A stretch of 24,555 nucleotides of DNA, taken from the NCBI RefSeq assembly GCF_006345805.1, contig NW_021836326.1, forward strand, positions 1 to 24,555, given 5' to 3'. Position numbers and translations under genes: made by a program. Below are positions 11,298-23,230 of the stretch, piece after piece. This stretch comes from Octopus sinensis. Taxonomy: Eukaryota. The notes under the pieces are model-generated. The model searched no databases and was not told the DNA's origin. It was given only the letters and a program-made list of their open reading frames with translations. Each line of letters begins with the position of its first letter. Positions within the stretch are counted from its first letter, which is position 1.

Positions 11298-11720
11298 GGT
11301 GCGAGAAAATGCTTAAGTAATAGTTATTATAGAGAAGATATGAAATACAGAGTAAAGTGGAGGAATGAAAACAGACGTGAGATATGTAAGGGTACTGTAT
11401 CTGCAGTTCCATTATTTAAGCAGAATGCTGTATAAGTTTCCTGTACCTATATATATATATATATAGGAAAGTATTGTAGTTCGCTTGAAGCATTGTGTAT
11501 TGTTTGAAAAGAATAAAAAGTTTTGAATGGTTCAACAATGTACTATAATACAAACAATGCGCTATATACCTGTTGTAATTAAGTCATCCATAGTCTGATG
11601 ATATTTCGGAATAAAATTCCTTCTTCAGATATTCTTAGATGGAGTCGCTGCTAAAATCGGTTTTCCAATGGGTTTTCTTTTTTCTTTTTTCTTTTTTGGA
11701 GCTTCGTGATACCCCCCCAC

Positions 11721-11838
11721 CCAGGACTTAGTCTTTGTAAGCCTTGTACTTATGTTATCACTCTCTTTTGCCGAACCGCTAAGTTACGGGGATGTAAACA
11801 CACCATTAGTTGTCAAGCGATGGTAGGGGGAAAACACA

Positions 11839-11878
<40 letters not shown>

Positions 11879-12781
11879 CAAACACACACATACACACACA
11901 CACGACGGGCTTCTTTCAGTTTCCGTCTACCAAATTTGGCTGGCCCGAGGCTATAATGGAAGACAATTGCCCAAGGTGCCGCGCAGTGGGACTGAATCTG
12001 GAACCATGTTGTTGGTAAGCAAGCTACTTTATTTCAAAAAGTTTGCCATAAAGGCACGATACAGAGTAGGTTGCGGGCTGGACAAAGACATTGATGAGGT
12101 GAATGATGATAAGGATGATATTAATGGGAGAAGACAAAAAAAAGCCCGCCGATTCTTTGCTTCTCTAAAACATTATTCTCTTTTTTTTTCCACAGAAAAA
12201 GACAAAACGAAGTAATGAATCTCTTACTTCAGTTTAACAATTTTTGGACGAATAGTCCATTTAAGAATTGGGGCGTTAAGCCTCTGAAATACAATAACAT
12301 GCAATAATCATAATAAACATTATAACACTGAGGCTTTTCACACTCTTGTCATTATTCAGTGGGACTGAAACCGGAAGTATGTGGTTGATAGGCAAGCTAC
12401 TTTATTTCATCAAATTTGCCATAGTAGCTTGTGGGCTGGACAGAAACATTAATCAGATGAATGATGAAAAAAGATGATATTAATGGGAGATCCCAAAAAA
12501 AGCCCGCCGATTTTTTGCTTCTCTAAAACATTATTCTTTTCTTTTTTTCACAGAAACAGACAAAACGAAGTAATGAATCTCTTACTTCAGTTTAACAATT
12601 TTTGGATGCGTAGTCCATTTAAGAATTGGGGCGTTAAGCCTCTTAAACACAATAACATGCAATAAACATAATAAACATTATACACTAAACATTATAAACA
12701 TTAAACATTATACATTAAACATTATACTATAAACATTATAAACATCAAGCTACTTACTACACAGCCACACCTGCGCCTATG
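11721..12781 (-). mobile_element. tRNA-derived SINE (same family as 23231-23589), split into body 11721-12029 and head 12746-12781 by an insertion
   Basis: Reverse complement matches the 23231 copy (ggcaccttgggcaa, gacggaaactgaaagaagcccgtcg, ccccgtaacttagc). The head gcgcagg.tggctgtgt.gtaagtagcttg resumes after the insertion. Confidence 0.85.
12030..12745 (+). repeat. Unidentified insertion flanked by caagctactt (12020-12029, 12746-12755), made of two diverged tandem units of about 300-370 bp ending in (taaacatta)n-like tails
   Basis: Unit 1 about 12030-12330 and unit 2 about 12403-12745 align clearly. Unit 2 is preceded by a duplicated SINE piece (12358-12402). Confidence 0.7.
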
Positions 12782-13038
12782 TGTAAGAATGCCAGCGGCA
12801 CTGTGCGCATGCGTTTGTGTCTGTATATGCGTATGTACTTAAATGCACATGGATGTGTGTGTGTGTGTTTCAACGTACCATTTTTAATTACTACATAATG
12901 ATCTATATTTCCATGGTGACGTAAATTAGAAAAGAATTAAGAGAATATTTACATAAAATAGCTAAAATTTTCAATAATTAGCTACTCATGGAATTCATCT
13001 ATTTGAATGAAGTTTGTAAATAGATTTAATATTAACTT

Positions 13039-13365
13039 GGTGGAGGCGCAATGGCACAATGGTTAGCGCAGCGAGTTTGCGGTCGTAGGATCGCGGTTTT
13101 GATTCCCTAACCGGGCGTTGTAATTGTTTATTGAACGAAAACACCTAGAACTCCACGAGGCTCCGGCAGGGGTTGGTGAAGAACCCTGCTGTACTCTTTC
13201 GCCACAACTTCCTCTCACTCTTTCTTCCTGTTGTACCTGTATTTCAAAGGGCCAGCCTTGCCACTCTCTGTGTCACGCTGAATCTCCCCGAGAACTACGT
13301 TAAGGGTACACGTGTCTGTGGAGTGCTCAGCCACTTGCACGTTAATTTCACAAAAGCAGCATTAA
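13039..13365 (+). mobile_element. tRNA-derived SINE, 3'-truncated; central/3' domain shared with the neighbouring SINE (possibly Ceph-type)
   Basis: A box tggcacaatggttag, B box ggttttgattccc; 13231-13351 matches the reverse complement of 13450-13570. The family name is a tentative recollection. Confidence 0.75.
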
Positions 13366-13385
13366 GTATCTTACAAACAATTAAA

Positions 13386-13709
13386 GGAGCACTCCGTCGG
13401 TAACGACGACGAGGGTCCCAGCTGATGCGATCAACGGAACAGCTTGCTCGTGAAATTAACGTGCAAGTGACTGAGCAATCCACAGAAGCGTGTACCCCTA
13501 ACGTAATTCTTAGGGAGATTCAGCGTGACACAGAGTGTGACAAGGCCGGCCCTTTGAAATACAAGTACAACTAATTTTTGCCAGCTGAGTGGACTGGAGC
13601 AACGTGAAATAAAGTCTCTTGCTCAAGGACACAACGCGTCGCCGGGAATTGAACTCACGACTTACAACTGTGAGCCGAATGCCCTAACGACTAAGCCACG
13701 CGCTTTCAC
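13386..13709 (-). mobile_element. tRNA-derived SINE with a CORE/V-like ccttgagcaag motif and the same central/3' domain
   Basis: Minus strand: A box tggcttagtcgttag, B box gagttcaattccc, then gtgtccttgagcaagagacttt, then the shared domain. Confidence 0.8.
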
Positions 13710-13994
13710 CTTACAAACAATAATTATGTCTGAAGGCAAAAACAATATTAATCGATGGCTTATATTTTATTTTCCTTCTTTTATTATTTTTTTTTTTGCA
13801 AAGGCAGGAGACAATTACGGACACGTTTATTTTTCGCATTATAACTTCATCAGCGAAGTGTATTTACCTTTGAGAGTGAAATATAAACAAAGTGAATTTG
13901 AACTAAGAATGCAAAGTCGGAAGAAATGTCACTAGGCATTTTTACCGGCGCAGTAACAATTCTGCTCGATCACCGCCTTACACACAACAAATAT

Positions 13995-14097
13995 TATCTA
14001 TCTATCTATTCTATCTATCTGTCTGTCTGTCTGTCTGCCTGCCTGCCTGCCTGTCTGTCTGTCTGCCTGCCTGTCTGTCTGTCTGTCTATCTATCTG

Positions 14098-14144
<47 letters not shown>
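13995..14144 (+). repeat. Compound (TCTA)/(TCTG)/(CCTG)n array at the 5' junction of Tx1 copy A
   Basis: Directly visible; ends in pure TCTA. Confidence 0.95.
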
Positions 14145-15272
14145 CCATGACAGAACTGCAGTCATGGATCAAAAAGAGGCCGAGGAAGGGCGAATGGCAC
14201 CGCGAGTGTCGCGTTGCTCTCAAGCAACTATGCCGTCCCGGGTCGACCTTGAGTGACTTCAACACAACCAAAGCATTCTATAGGGGATTAGTGGGAGGGA
14301 GGTACGATGACGATCTTGGGGCGAACCTGGGCGTCGACGAGGAATATCTGACCCACCTGTTTGAGACGACTTTCGGGCCGGGACCCATGGACAACTTCCA
14401 GAGATCCCTGGCCTGGTAGTGCTACCGAGGAGCGCTACCCGTTCGGGATAAGCTCTATAGGCATGGCTTGACAAACACGGGGCCGACCTGCCGGAGATGC
14501 GGTCAGAGCGACGAAACCGTTCTGCACGCAATCGTGCAGTGTCCAACAATCTCCGACCTGTGGGCTTATGTCGAACGACTGCTGTCACGTGTGGGACGTG
14601 TCGGTTTATCAGCCGAGTCTATCGTTAATATCGTCACGCCTCCCTCCTTCAAACGAGAAGGAAGAGCTATTTTTATCATCCTTGTGGCTATGGCGAAAGA
14701 ATGTATCTGGTGGACGCGCCTGAAAGGATTAGAGACAAACACTTTCCTCTCTGGTCAATCTCTCATCAACTTCTTCAAGTATCACTTGAAAAGGAAAGTG
14801 AGATTAGAGAGGCAAGTTTTGTCTAGCGAATGTTTTAAAAAACGATGGGTGAATGTAGCAAGGATGGCACGTATGAATGACGAAACCATCTTGACTATGA
14901 TCCTATGAACCGTAAAAATTAATACAGAGAGTTGCTTATTTGTAAAAAAATATATATATATAACATGTGACTTCATTGACCGAGGTTACTGTGGTCTTTT
15001 CCGTAGGCTTTTCTTTCCACGGGTAAACCTCACCTTCCCCCCTTTACACTTTATATTGACGTTTCTGTGATAACGATCCCTATTGATAGATTTTTCCTTT
15101 ATCCTTTTTTTTATCCCCCCCCTATTTTTTTTCGTTTTTGCTTTCCTCTTTCTTTCCTTTTACGATCTCTTTTGATCGAAAACCAACCCCCCTTTTTTAT
15201 CCCCAAATGGAAAAGCTCTACCTTGTAATTTGTCCCGTCTGTGTGCAGCCCTGTGTGGCTAATAAAGAAACA

Positions 15273-15274
<2 letters not shown>
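14145..15274 (+). mobile_element. Tx1 LINE copy A, 5'-truncated (ORF2 C-terminus plus 3' UTR)
   Basis: Aligns to copy C from about 19749. One in-frame stop at 14417-14419 (W*). ORF ends at 14908. Terminus gctaataaagaaacata then (TCTA)n. Confidence 0.95.

Positions 15275-15365
<91 letters not shown>
15275..15365 (+). repeat. Pure (TCTA)n array between copies A and B
   Basis: Directly visible. Confidence 0.97.
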
Positions 15366-15366
<1 letters not shown>

Positions 15367-16858
15367 AGGGTGGTCACTCTCGACCAGCAATGGGCCGAGA
15401 GGAAACTGTCCCTAAAAGGTCGGGCGGAGATGGTGAACGCGTACATCATCTACTACCGCCTGACCGTCGTACCTTGTCCCGACCCTACCATCACCAAACT
15501 AGAACGCATCCTCTTCCGCTTCTTGTGGAAAGGATGCGTCCCGATGGTCAGGCGATCCATTTGCTGTCAACTCCCGTTAAAAGGAGGGCTGGGCATGCCG
15601 TGGTTGATGATGCGCAGACACGCGCTGAGACTGCGACATCTCCGGCTCTATGTAGACGACGGTGAACAGGTGTGGTCGCCGTTTGTGAGGCACGCATTCC
15701 CGCAACTCGTCTCCATGACCGAACTACAGTCGTGGATCAAAAGAGGCCGAAGAAGGGCGAATGGCACCGCGAGTGTCGCGTTGCTCTCAAGCAACTCTGC
15801 CGTCCCGGGTCGACCTTGAGTGACTTCAACACAACCAAAGCATTCTATAGGGGATTAGTGGAGGGGAGGTACGACGACGAGCTCGGGGCAACCTGGGCGT
15901 CGACGAGGAATACCTGACCCCCTGTTTCAAACGACTTTCGGCCCGGGACCTATGGACAACTTCCAGAGATCCCTGGCCTGGCGGTGCTACCGAGAAGCGC
16001 TACCCGTTCGGGATAAGCTCTATAGGCATGGCTCGAGAAACACGGGGCCGACCTGCCCGAGATGCGGTCAGAGCGACGAAACCGCTCTGCACGCAATCGT
16101 GCAGGTCCAGCAATTTCCGACCTGTGGGCTTATGTCGAACGACTGCTGTCACGTGTGGGACGTGTCGGTTTATCAGCCGAGTCTATCGTTAATATCGTCA
16201 CGCCTCCTTCCTCAAACGGGAAGGAAGAGCTATTTTTATCATACTTGTGGCTATGGCGAAAGAATGTATCTGGTGGACGCGTCTGAAAGGATTAGAGACA
16301 AACACTTTCCTCTCTGGTCAATCTCTCATCAACTTCTTCAAGTATCACTTGAAGAAAAAGTGAGAGTAGAGAGGCAAGTTTTGTCTAGTGAATGTTTTAA
16401 AAAAAGATGGGTGAATGTAGCAAGGATTGCACGTATGAATGACGAAGCCACCTTGACTATGATTCTATGAACCGTAAAAATTAATACAGAGAGTTGCTTA
16501 TTTGCAAAAAAAAAAAAAAAAAGATATAACATGTGACTTCATTGACCGAGGTACCGTGGTCTTTTCCGTAGGCTTTTCTTTCCACGGGTAAACCTCACCT
16601 GTCCTCCCCTTTACACTTCATATTGACATTTCTGTGATAACGATCCCTATTGATCAATTTTTTTTCCCTTCCCCCTTTTTTTCTAACCCCCCTTTTTTTC
16701 CTCTTTCTCTCCTTTTACGATCCCTTTTGATCGACCCCCCTATTTTATTTTTTTTTTTATTTTTTATTTTTTTTTATTTTTAAACCTTCAAAAGAAAAGC
16801 TCTACCTTGTAATTTGTTCTATCTGTGTGCAGCCCTGTGTGGCTAATAAAGAAACATA
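15366..16858 (+). mobile_element. Tx1 LINE copy B, 5'-truncated
   Basis: Aligns to copy C from about 19398 to the end; same terminus followed by (TCTA)3 at 16859-16870. Confidence 0.95.
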
Positions 16859-16870
16859 TCTATCTATCTA

Positions 16871-17119
16871 ATGGAGTACATCACAGGATACACAAACATT
16901 TGTGAAGATGACTTTAAAAATAGCAATCATCCACGCACTACACCACCCAAACACATCAAAATACTACACATCACACAAACACAACACCACAAACTCAAAG
17001 CCCTCTTCCCAAATGCTGTAGGGGGTTTCCAGAAATATCTGTCCCAAAAACTGTATAAAAACTTCCTCGAAGACACATCAAAGAACGAGGAAGCCAAAAC
17101 TTTCGACACAAGTAAGTAA
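16871..17119 (+). pseudogene. Probable C-terminal fragment of Tx1 ORF1
   Basis: A/C-rich 82-codon open frame ending about 40 nt before ORF2. Same compositional bias as 909-1790. No diagnostic motif. Confidence 0.4.
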
Positions 17120-17161
17120 CTCTCTGTACTTTCATTTTTGTGTTTTAAAGCACACACCCCA

Positions 17162-20100
17162 ATAGAATCATAGTCAAGATTGGTTGTGTGAATGCGCGTG
17201 GCTTGGGGTCTCCTTGGAAACAGGATACCTCCTAAATGACATCAAGTCACATGATTTGGGAATCATAGCCATAAGTGAGACCAGACTCCACGAGCCACGG
17301 CCCTAAAGTCCATGTTTGGCGGACAGTTTAACATTTATTTCGCTCCCTGTCTGCCGAGGATGGGCGGTAGTGGCACCGCGGTACTTTTTCACAAGAGCCT
17401 GGATCTCGAAGTCAAGACGATATTCGTAGACCCGGAGGGTAACTGGTCGTTCTGGATGTTGACGGCAGCAATGGGTGCGCTTTTCGACTCGTATCAGTCT
17501 ACGCACACGCCCTTAACAGGTCGGGCAGATTTCTTTCGACGTCTAGAAGTATTCTTGGGAACGTCTCGTCCTTTACTCTTAGTGGGGGATTGGAATGCTA
17601 CCTTTGACACGCATGTAGACTACGTGGGTAGAGAACATGAAACAGAAGGGGATGCAAATGCCTCAGAGATCGTCGAGATCGTATCTACATAAGATACTGT
17701 GTAGGACAGTAGACAAGGATAACTTAGGATGTCCACAATTCCACACAGTCAGCTACACGGATCACAAATTGGTGACGTGTACGCTAGACTTAGATAAGGC
17801 ACATAGACAGGGTCCTGAGTACTGGAAACTGAACGCATCATTCCCGTCCAGACAAGTTTTCAGAGACCGGATTAGCACACTAGTAAAGAGGGCTTTGACG
17901 GGAGCCATCATCAACAACAAATGGTGGTTTGCCCTCAAGAGAGCAGTAAAAGCAGAAGCGATTAGGTACAGCAAATCACTAGCCATAGATAGAAATAGAG
18001 TAGAGGGTGAGCTAGTTAAGAAGCTAGAAGAGGCAATTAGAAGCGGCATCGCATCCGACGTTTTGGCGGCGAGGTTGGCCCTCGACAACACTTCAACGCC
18101 AAACACGAAGGATGTGCTGTCAGAGCTAGGATGCGTGCTCTAAGGAACGAAGGTGTTGGAGCCGCGAGAGAGGCCCGGGTGGCAGAGGCGCAACAGGGCA
18201 ACAAAGCCACCATTCGGTCACTGGTAGATGAACAGGGGCGCGAATTGCTCGAGCCAAGTAAATGTGTGAGGCCTTTCAGCAGCATTTTGCCCGACTGTTC
18301 GGACGAGTGGAGGGCAAGAACGTAGGGTGGACTTCAGTGCCTACCTACATAGCCTGCCACGACTCTCGACAAGAAGGCAGGGTGCTGCGAAGGTGCCATC
18401 ACGGCGGCGGAAGTGCAGGAAGCGATAGCAGAATGCTCGAGGGACAAATCACCGGGTTTGGATGGTCTACCCTACGAGTTTTACAATTGTATGCCAGACT
18501 TGTTTGGGGACGTCTTGGCAGCGGTATACTGCAACTGGCAGCAAAACGGGAGCATACCCGGTTTTGTGAGTCGAGGAGCTGTAACTCTGCTGAAGAAAGA
18601 TCCAAACAAGGGAAACATTATAGATAACTTTAGACCAATCACGCTGCTCAATGCAGACCTGAAAATTTTGACAAAGGTGTTAGCCAAGAGGTTGGCGCTT
18701 GTCATCGAGAAACTGGTCGACAACGCACAAACGTGCGCCGTGCCGGGCCGGAGCATCCATGACAACCTCCATCTGATGCGCTACATCATAGACAGGGTAG
18801 TTAACGAACCTGGCATGGGTGGGGCCCTGATCAACTTGGATCAATCGAAAGCCTTTGATAGGGTAGACCATCGATACTTGGAGGCAGTCCTGAGAGCGGC
18901 TGGTTTCGGTCCCGTCTTCCGCGGCTGGATAGCTGCCTTGTACAGAGGCATCCGTTCGGTAATTCGCGTAAATGGACATCTATCGAGACCTTTCGACATT
19001 GCACGTTCGGTCCGTCAGGGATGCCCCCTCTCGGCGCTTCTATACGTATTGACTCTTGAGCCACTACTGCGGAAGCTGGCGACTCTAAGGGGCATCCCGC
19101 GAGAATTGGGATGCGGGACGAGCGTGTCTGCATACGCGGACGACGTCACCGTCATAGTGTCAAGCCACGAGCACATCGAGCGGGTCGGCGAGACACTGAA
19201 AGACTACGAAGCGGTGACAGGAGCAAAAATCAACCGGGAAAAGTCAGTGGGCTTGCGGCTCGGCACCTGGAGAAGCAAGCCCATGCCGTTCACCAGTACC
19301 TCCATCGTGGGACGCTGGACAGACGGCCCGGTTGAGTTGCTCGGGGTCTGGTTCGGTCCGGACCTCCAAATGGAGAAGAACTGGAACGAGATAACGAGTA
19401 GGGTGGTCACTCTCGCCCAGCAATGGCCGAGAGGAAACTGTCCCTAAAAGGTCGGGCGGATGGGTGAAGGTGGTGAACGCGTACATCATCTACTACCGCC
19501 TGACCGTCGTACCTTGTCCGACCCTACCATCACCAAACTAGAACGCATCCTCTTCCGCTTCTTGTGGAAAGGATGCGTCCCGATGGTCAGGCGATCCATT
19601 TGCTGTCAACACCCGTTAAAAGGAGGGCTGGGCATGCCGTGGTTGATGATGCGCAGACACGCGCTGAGACTGCGACATCTCCGGCTCTATGTAGACGACG
19701 GTGAACAGGTGTGGTCGCCGTTTGTGAGGCACGCATTCCCGCAACTCGTCTCCATGACCGAACTACAGTCGTGGATCAAAAAGAGGACGAAGAAGGGCGA
19801 ATGGCACCGCGAGTGTCGCGTTGCTCTCAAGCAACTCTGCCGTCCCGGGTCGACCTTGAGTGACTTCAACACAACCAAAGCATTCTATAGGGGATTAGTG
19901 GAGGGGAGGTACGACGACGAGCTCGGGGCAAACCTGGGCGTCGACGAGGAATACCTGACCCGCCTGTTTCAAACGACTTTCGGCCCGGGACCTATGGACA
20001 ACTTCCAGAGATCCCTGGCCTGGCGGTGCTACCGAGAAGCGCTACCCGTTCGGGATAAGCTCTATAGGCATGGCTCGAGAAAACACGGGGCCGACCTGCC

Positions 20101-20512
20101 CGAGATGCGGTCAGAGCGACGAAACCGCTCTGCACGCAATCGTGCAGTGTCCAGCAATTCCGACCTGTGGGCTTATGTCGAACGACTGCTGTCACGTGTG
20201 GGACGTGTCGGTTTATCAGCCGAGTCTATCGTTAATATCGTCACGCCTCCTTCCTTCAAACGGGAAGGAAGAGCTATTTTTATCATACTTGTGGCTATGG
20301 CGAAAGAATGTATCTGGTGGACGCGTCTGAAAGGATTAGAGACAAACACTTTCCTCTCTGGTCAATCTCTCATCAACTTCTTCAAGTATCACTTGAAGAG
20401 GAAAGTGAGAGTAGAGAGGCAAGTTTTGTCTAGTGAATGTTTTAAAAAAAGGGTGAATGTAGCAAGGATTGCACGTATGAATGACGAAGCCACCTTGACT
20501 ATGATTCTATGA
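17162..20512 (+). pseudogene. Tx1 ORF2 (AP endonuclease, reverse transcriptase, CCHC zf-RVT-like), broken by multiple small indels
   Basis: KIGCVNARGL, AISETRL, LLVGDWNA, SYTDHKLV, KSPGLDGLPYEFY, FRPITLLNADLKIL, LDQSKAFDRV, RQGCPLS, YADD (19132-19143), CPRCGQSDETALH, spread over shifting frames. Confidence 0.93.
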
Positions 20513-20875
20513 ACCGTAAAAATTAATACAGAGAGTTGCTTATTTGCAAAAAAAAAAAAGAAATATAACATGTGACTTCATTGACCGAGGTTACTGTGGT
20601 CTTTTCCGTAGGCTTTTCTTTCCACGGGTAAACCTCACCTGTTCTATCCCCTTTACACTTCATATTGACATTTCTGTGATAACGATCCCTATTGATCAAT
20701 TTTTTTGCTCTCCCCCCACCTTTTTTTTTATTAACCCTCCCTTTTTTCTGTCTCTCTTTTCCTTTTACGATCCCTTTTGATCGAAAAACCCACCTCCTTT
20801 ACCCCCAAAAGAAAAGCTCTACCTTGTAATTTGTTCTATCTGTGTGCAGCCCTGTGTGGCTAATAAAGAAACATA

Positions 20876-21002
20876 TCTATATCTGTCTGTCTGCCTGTCT
20901 GCTGTCTGTCTATCTGTCTATCTGTCTATCTATCTATCCTTCTCTCTCTCTCTCTGTCTAGATATATACCCGCATACTTAACAACATATATGTGTATGTG
21001 TG

Positions 21003-21077
<75 letters not shown>

Positions 21078-21140
21078 ATATATATATATATATAATACAT
21101 ACATACATACATACATACATGCTACATACATACATATATT
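20876..21140. repeat. (TCTG/TCTA)n and (TC)n, then (TA)n/(TACA)n microsatellites
   Basis: Directly visible; the TCTR part continues the array that starts at 13995. Confidence 0.93.
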
Positions 21141-21441
21141 TATTTACACACAAACCTGTAATGTCTTTTGGAGGATCCATTTTGTCAATAATTACATATG
21201 CACTGGCTATATATATAATATGCTTCTTTTATTTATATTAATTAACAATTAAACTAATTTATTGCCAAAGTGACCCACCCATGGTACAAACAGTCATGTC
21301 TAAGCACACAATTACTCGCCGAAAATCCTGCAAAACAAAGACAAAACCTAAATAATTATACTTAATTTATATTATAAAGTTCTTAATTGTTTACAATTTT
21401 AGTTAATTACTACAAGTGCACACATACACAGTCGCACAGAA

Positions 21442-21881
21442 ATATGTGTACGTATATGTATGTATGAATGTATATATGTATGTATGTACGTACGTACCTT
21501 CGTACATTTGTACCTATGTATGGTATGTTATGTATGTATGTATGTATGTATGTATGTATGAATGTTTGCATGTATGAATGTATTTGTGTATGTATGAATG
21601 TATGTATGTATGTATGTATGTATGTACGTACGTACGTTCGTACCTATGTATATGTGTATGTCTGTATGAATGTATGAATGTTTGTCTGTATGTATGTACG
21701 TATGTACGTTCGTACCTATGTATATATGTATGTATTATGAATATATATGTATGTATGTATATACGTATGTACGTTCATATCTATGCATGTATGTATGTAT
21801 GTATGTATGTATGTATATATGTATGTATGTATATATATGTATGTAGGTACGTATGTACGTACGTTCATACCTCTGTATGTG

Positions 21882-21913
<32 letters not shown>

Positions 21914-22058
21914 TATATGTATGTATGTATATATGTATGTATATATGCATGTATGTATATGTATGTAGTATGTATGTATGTATGTATGTAGTATGTATGT
22001 ATGCATGTGTGTATTTATGTATATATGTATGTATGTATACATGTACGTACGTATGTAT
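21442..22058. repeat. Long degenerate (TATG)n satellite with recurring cgtacgttcgtacct subunits
   Basis: Directly visible; explains the MYVC/HTYI ORFs. Confidence 0.93.
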
Positions 22059-22399
22059 ATGGCTATTAATTAGCGCGCACAAGGGCACGTATATAGTTAA
22101 GCGCACGTTACATTGTTTCCAAAAAGCAATTGTAAAGAATGAAAATTTAAAACTGTTGCTTGCTCTATTTTGCAATATGTGTGACGTGCGTTTGTATGAC
22201 TGTTGATAATTAATAACTAGATTGCTGTTAATTAAATTAATATTGACGGCGTAAATAAATAACTTTATGTATGAAATAATAATTGTGAACGAAATTAATC
22301 AAATAGATAATTCAAATAGCAAAATTTTAGACTGCAATGAATTTTGGAGAAATATCCAAATATCTGAAAATTGAAGTACTGTATTTAAATCACGATTTT

Positions 22400-22610
22400 A
22401 TTGTCACCATTGTCGTCGACGTCGTCATCGTTACCATAACAGCCATCTTTCTCCACCTCTTCTTAATCATCGTCGTCGTCGTCGTCGTCGCCGTAATCGT
22501 TATCATCATCATCATCATCGTCATCGTCGCCATCATCATCATCGCCGTCGTCATCATCATCATCATCATCGTCATCATCATCATCATCATCATCGCCGTC
22601 GTCATCGTCG

Positions 22611-22647
<37 letters not shown>

Positions 22648-23012
22648 ATGTCGTCATCGTCGTCGTTGTCATCCGCCTCCTCCTCCTCCTCCTCCTCCTT
22701 ATCATCATCATCGCCGTCGCCGTCGCCGCCGCCGCCGTCGTCATCATCATCGTCATCATCATTACCATCATCATCATCATCGAGAGAGAGAGAGAGGAGA
22801 GAGAGAAAGAGAGAGATTAAAATTTATTAATGGAAGATAAGTTACATGAGCACTTTTCCTCTCCTTACACACATATAGAAATATACTCACACCCATAAAA
22901 AGAGGGGGAGAAAGAGGGGAAGGAAAAAGGAGAGAAGTAGAGTGAGACGAAAAGAAAAGGAGAGGAATAGAGAGAGAGAGGGGAAAGAAAGAGAGAAAGA
23001 GAGAACGAGAGA
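22400..23012. repeat. (CAT/CGT/CCT/CGC)n trinucleotide tract followed by a GA-rich tract
   Basis: Directly visible. Confidence 0.9.
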
Positions 23013-23230
23013 AACGTTAAAAACAAACTTTAAAACAACTGATGTTAAATACTCCAGAATTGGATCAGCGGTGCAAAATAGGCGGCGCCAAAATGGCTGT
23101 GCCAGGACGTCTCTTACCTGGGTGTAGGGTGTGAAAGGAGATGCCGGAGACTATAGCTTCAGTCTTTAACGTAGTTGCGTCTGTTAGTTTAGGGATGACT
23201 CACATGTTCTGCAAAGGTTAAAGAGCATAG

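Larger units (their letters stand above)
16871..20875 (+). mobile_element. Tx1 LINE copy C: putative ORF1 3' end, complete-length ORF2 and 3' UTR
   Basis: APE, RT and zf-RVT motifs in order; 3' UTR 20513-20875; flanked by TCTA on both sides. Confidence 0.95.

Noticed and set aside
15275-15365. (TCTA)n as a LINE-encoded 3' tail only
   Set aside because: Arrays also precede copies 1 and A with no LINE 3' UTR upstream, and copy C is followed by just tctat.
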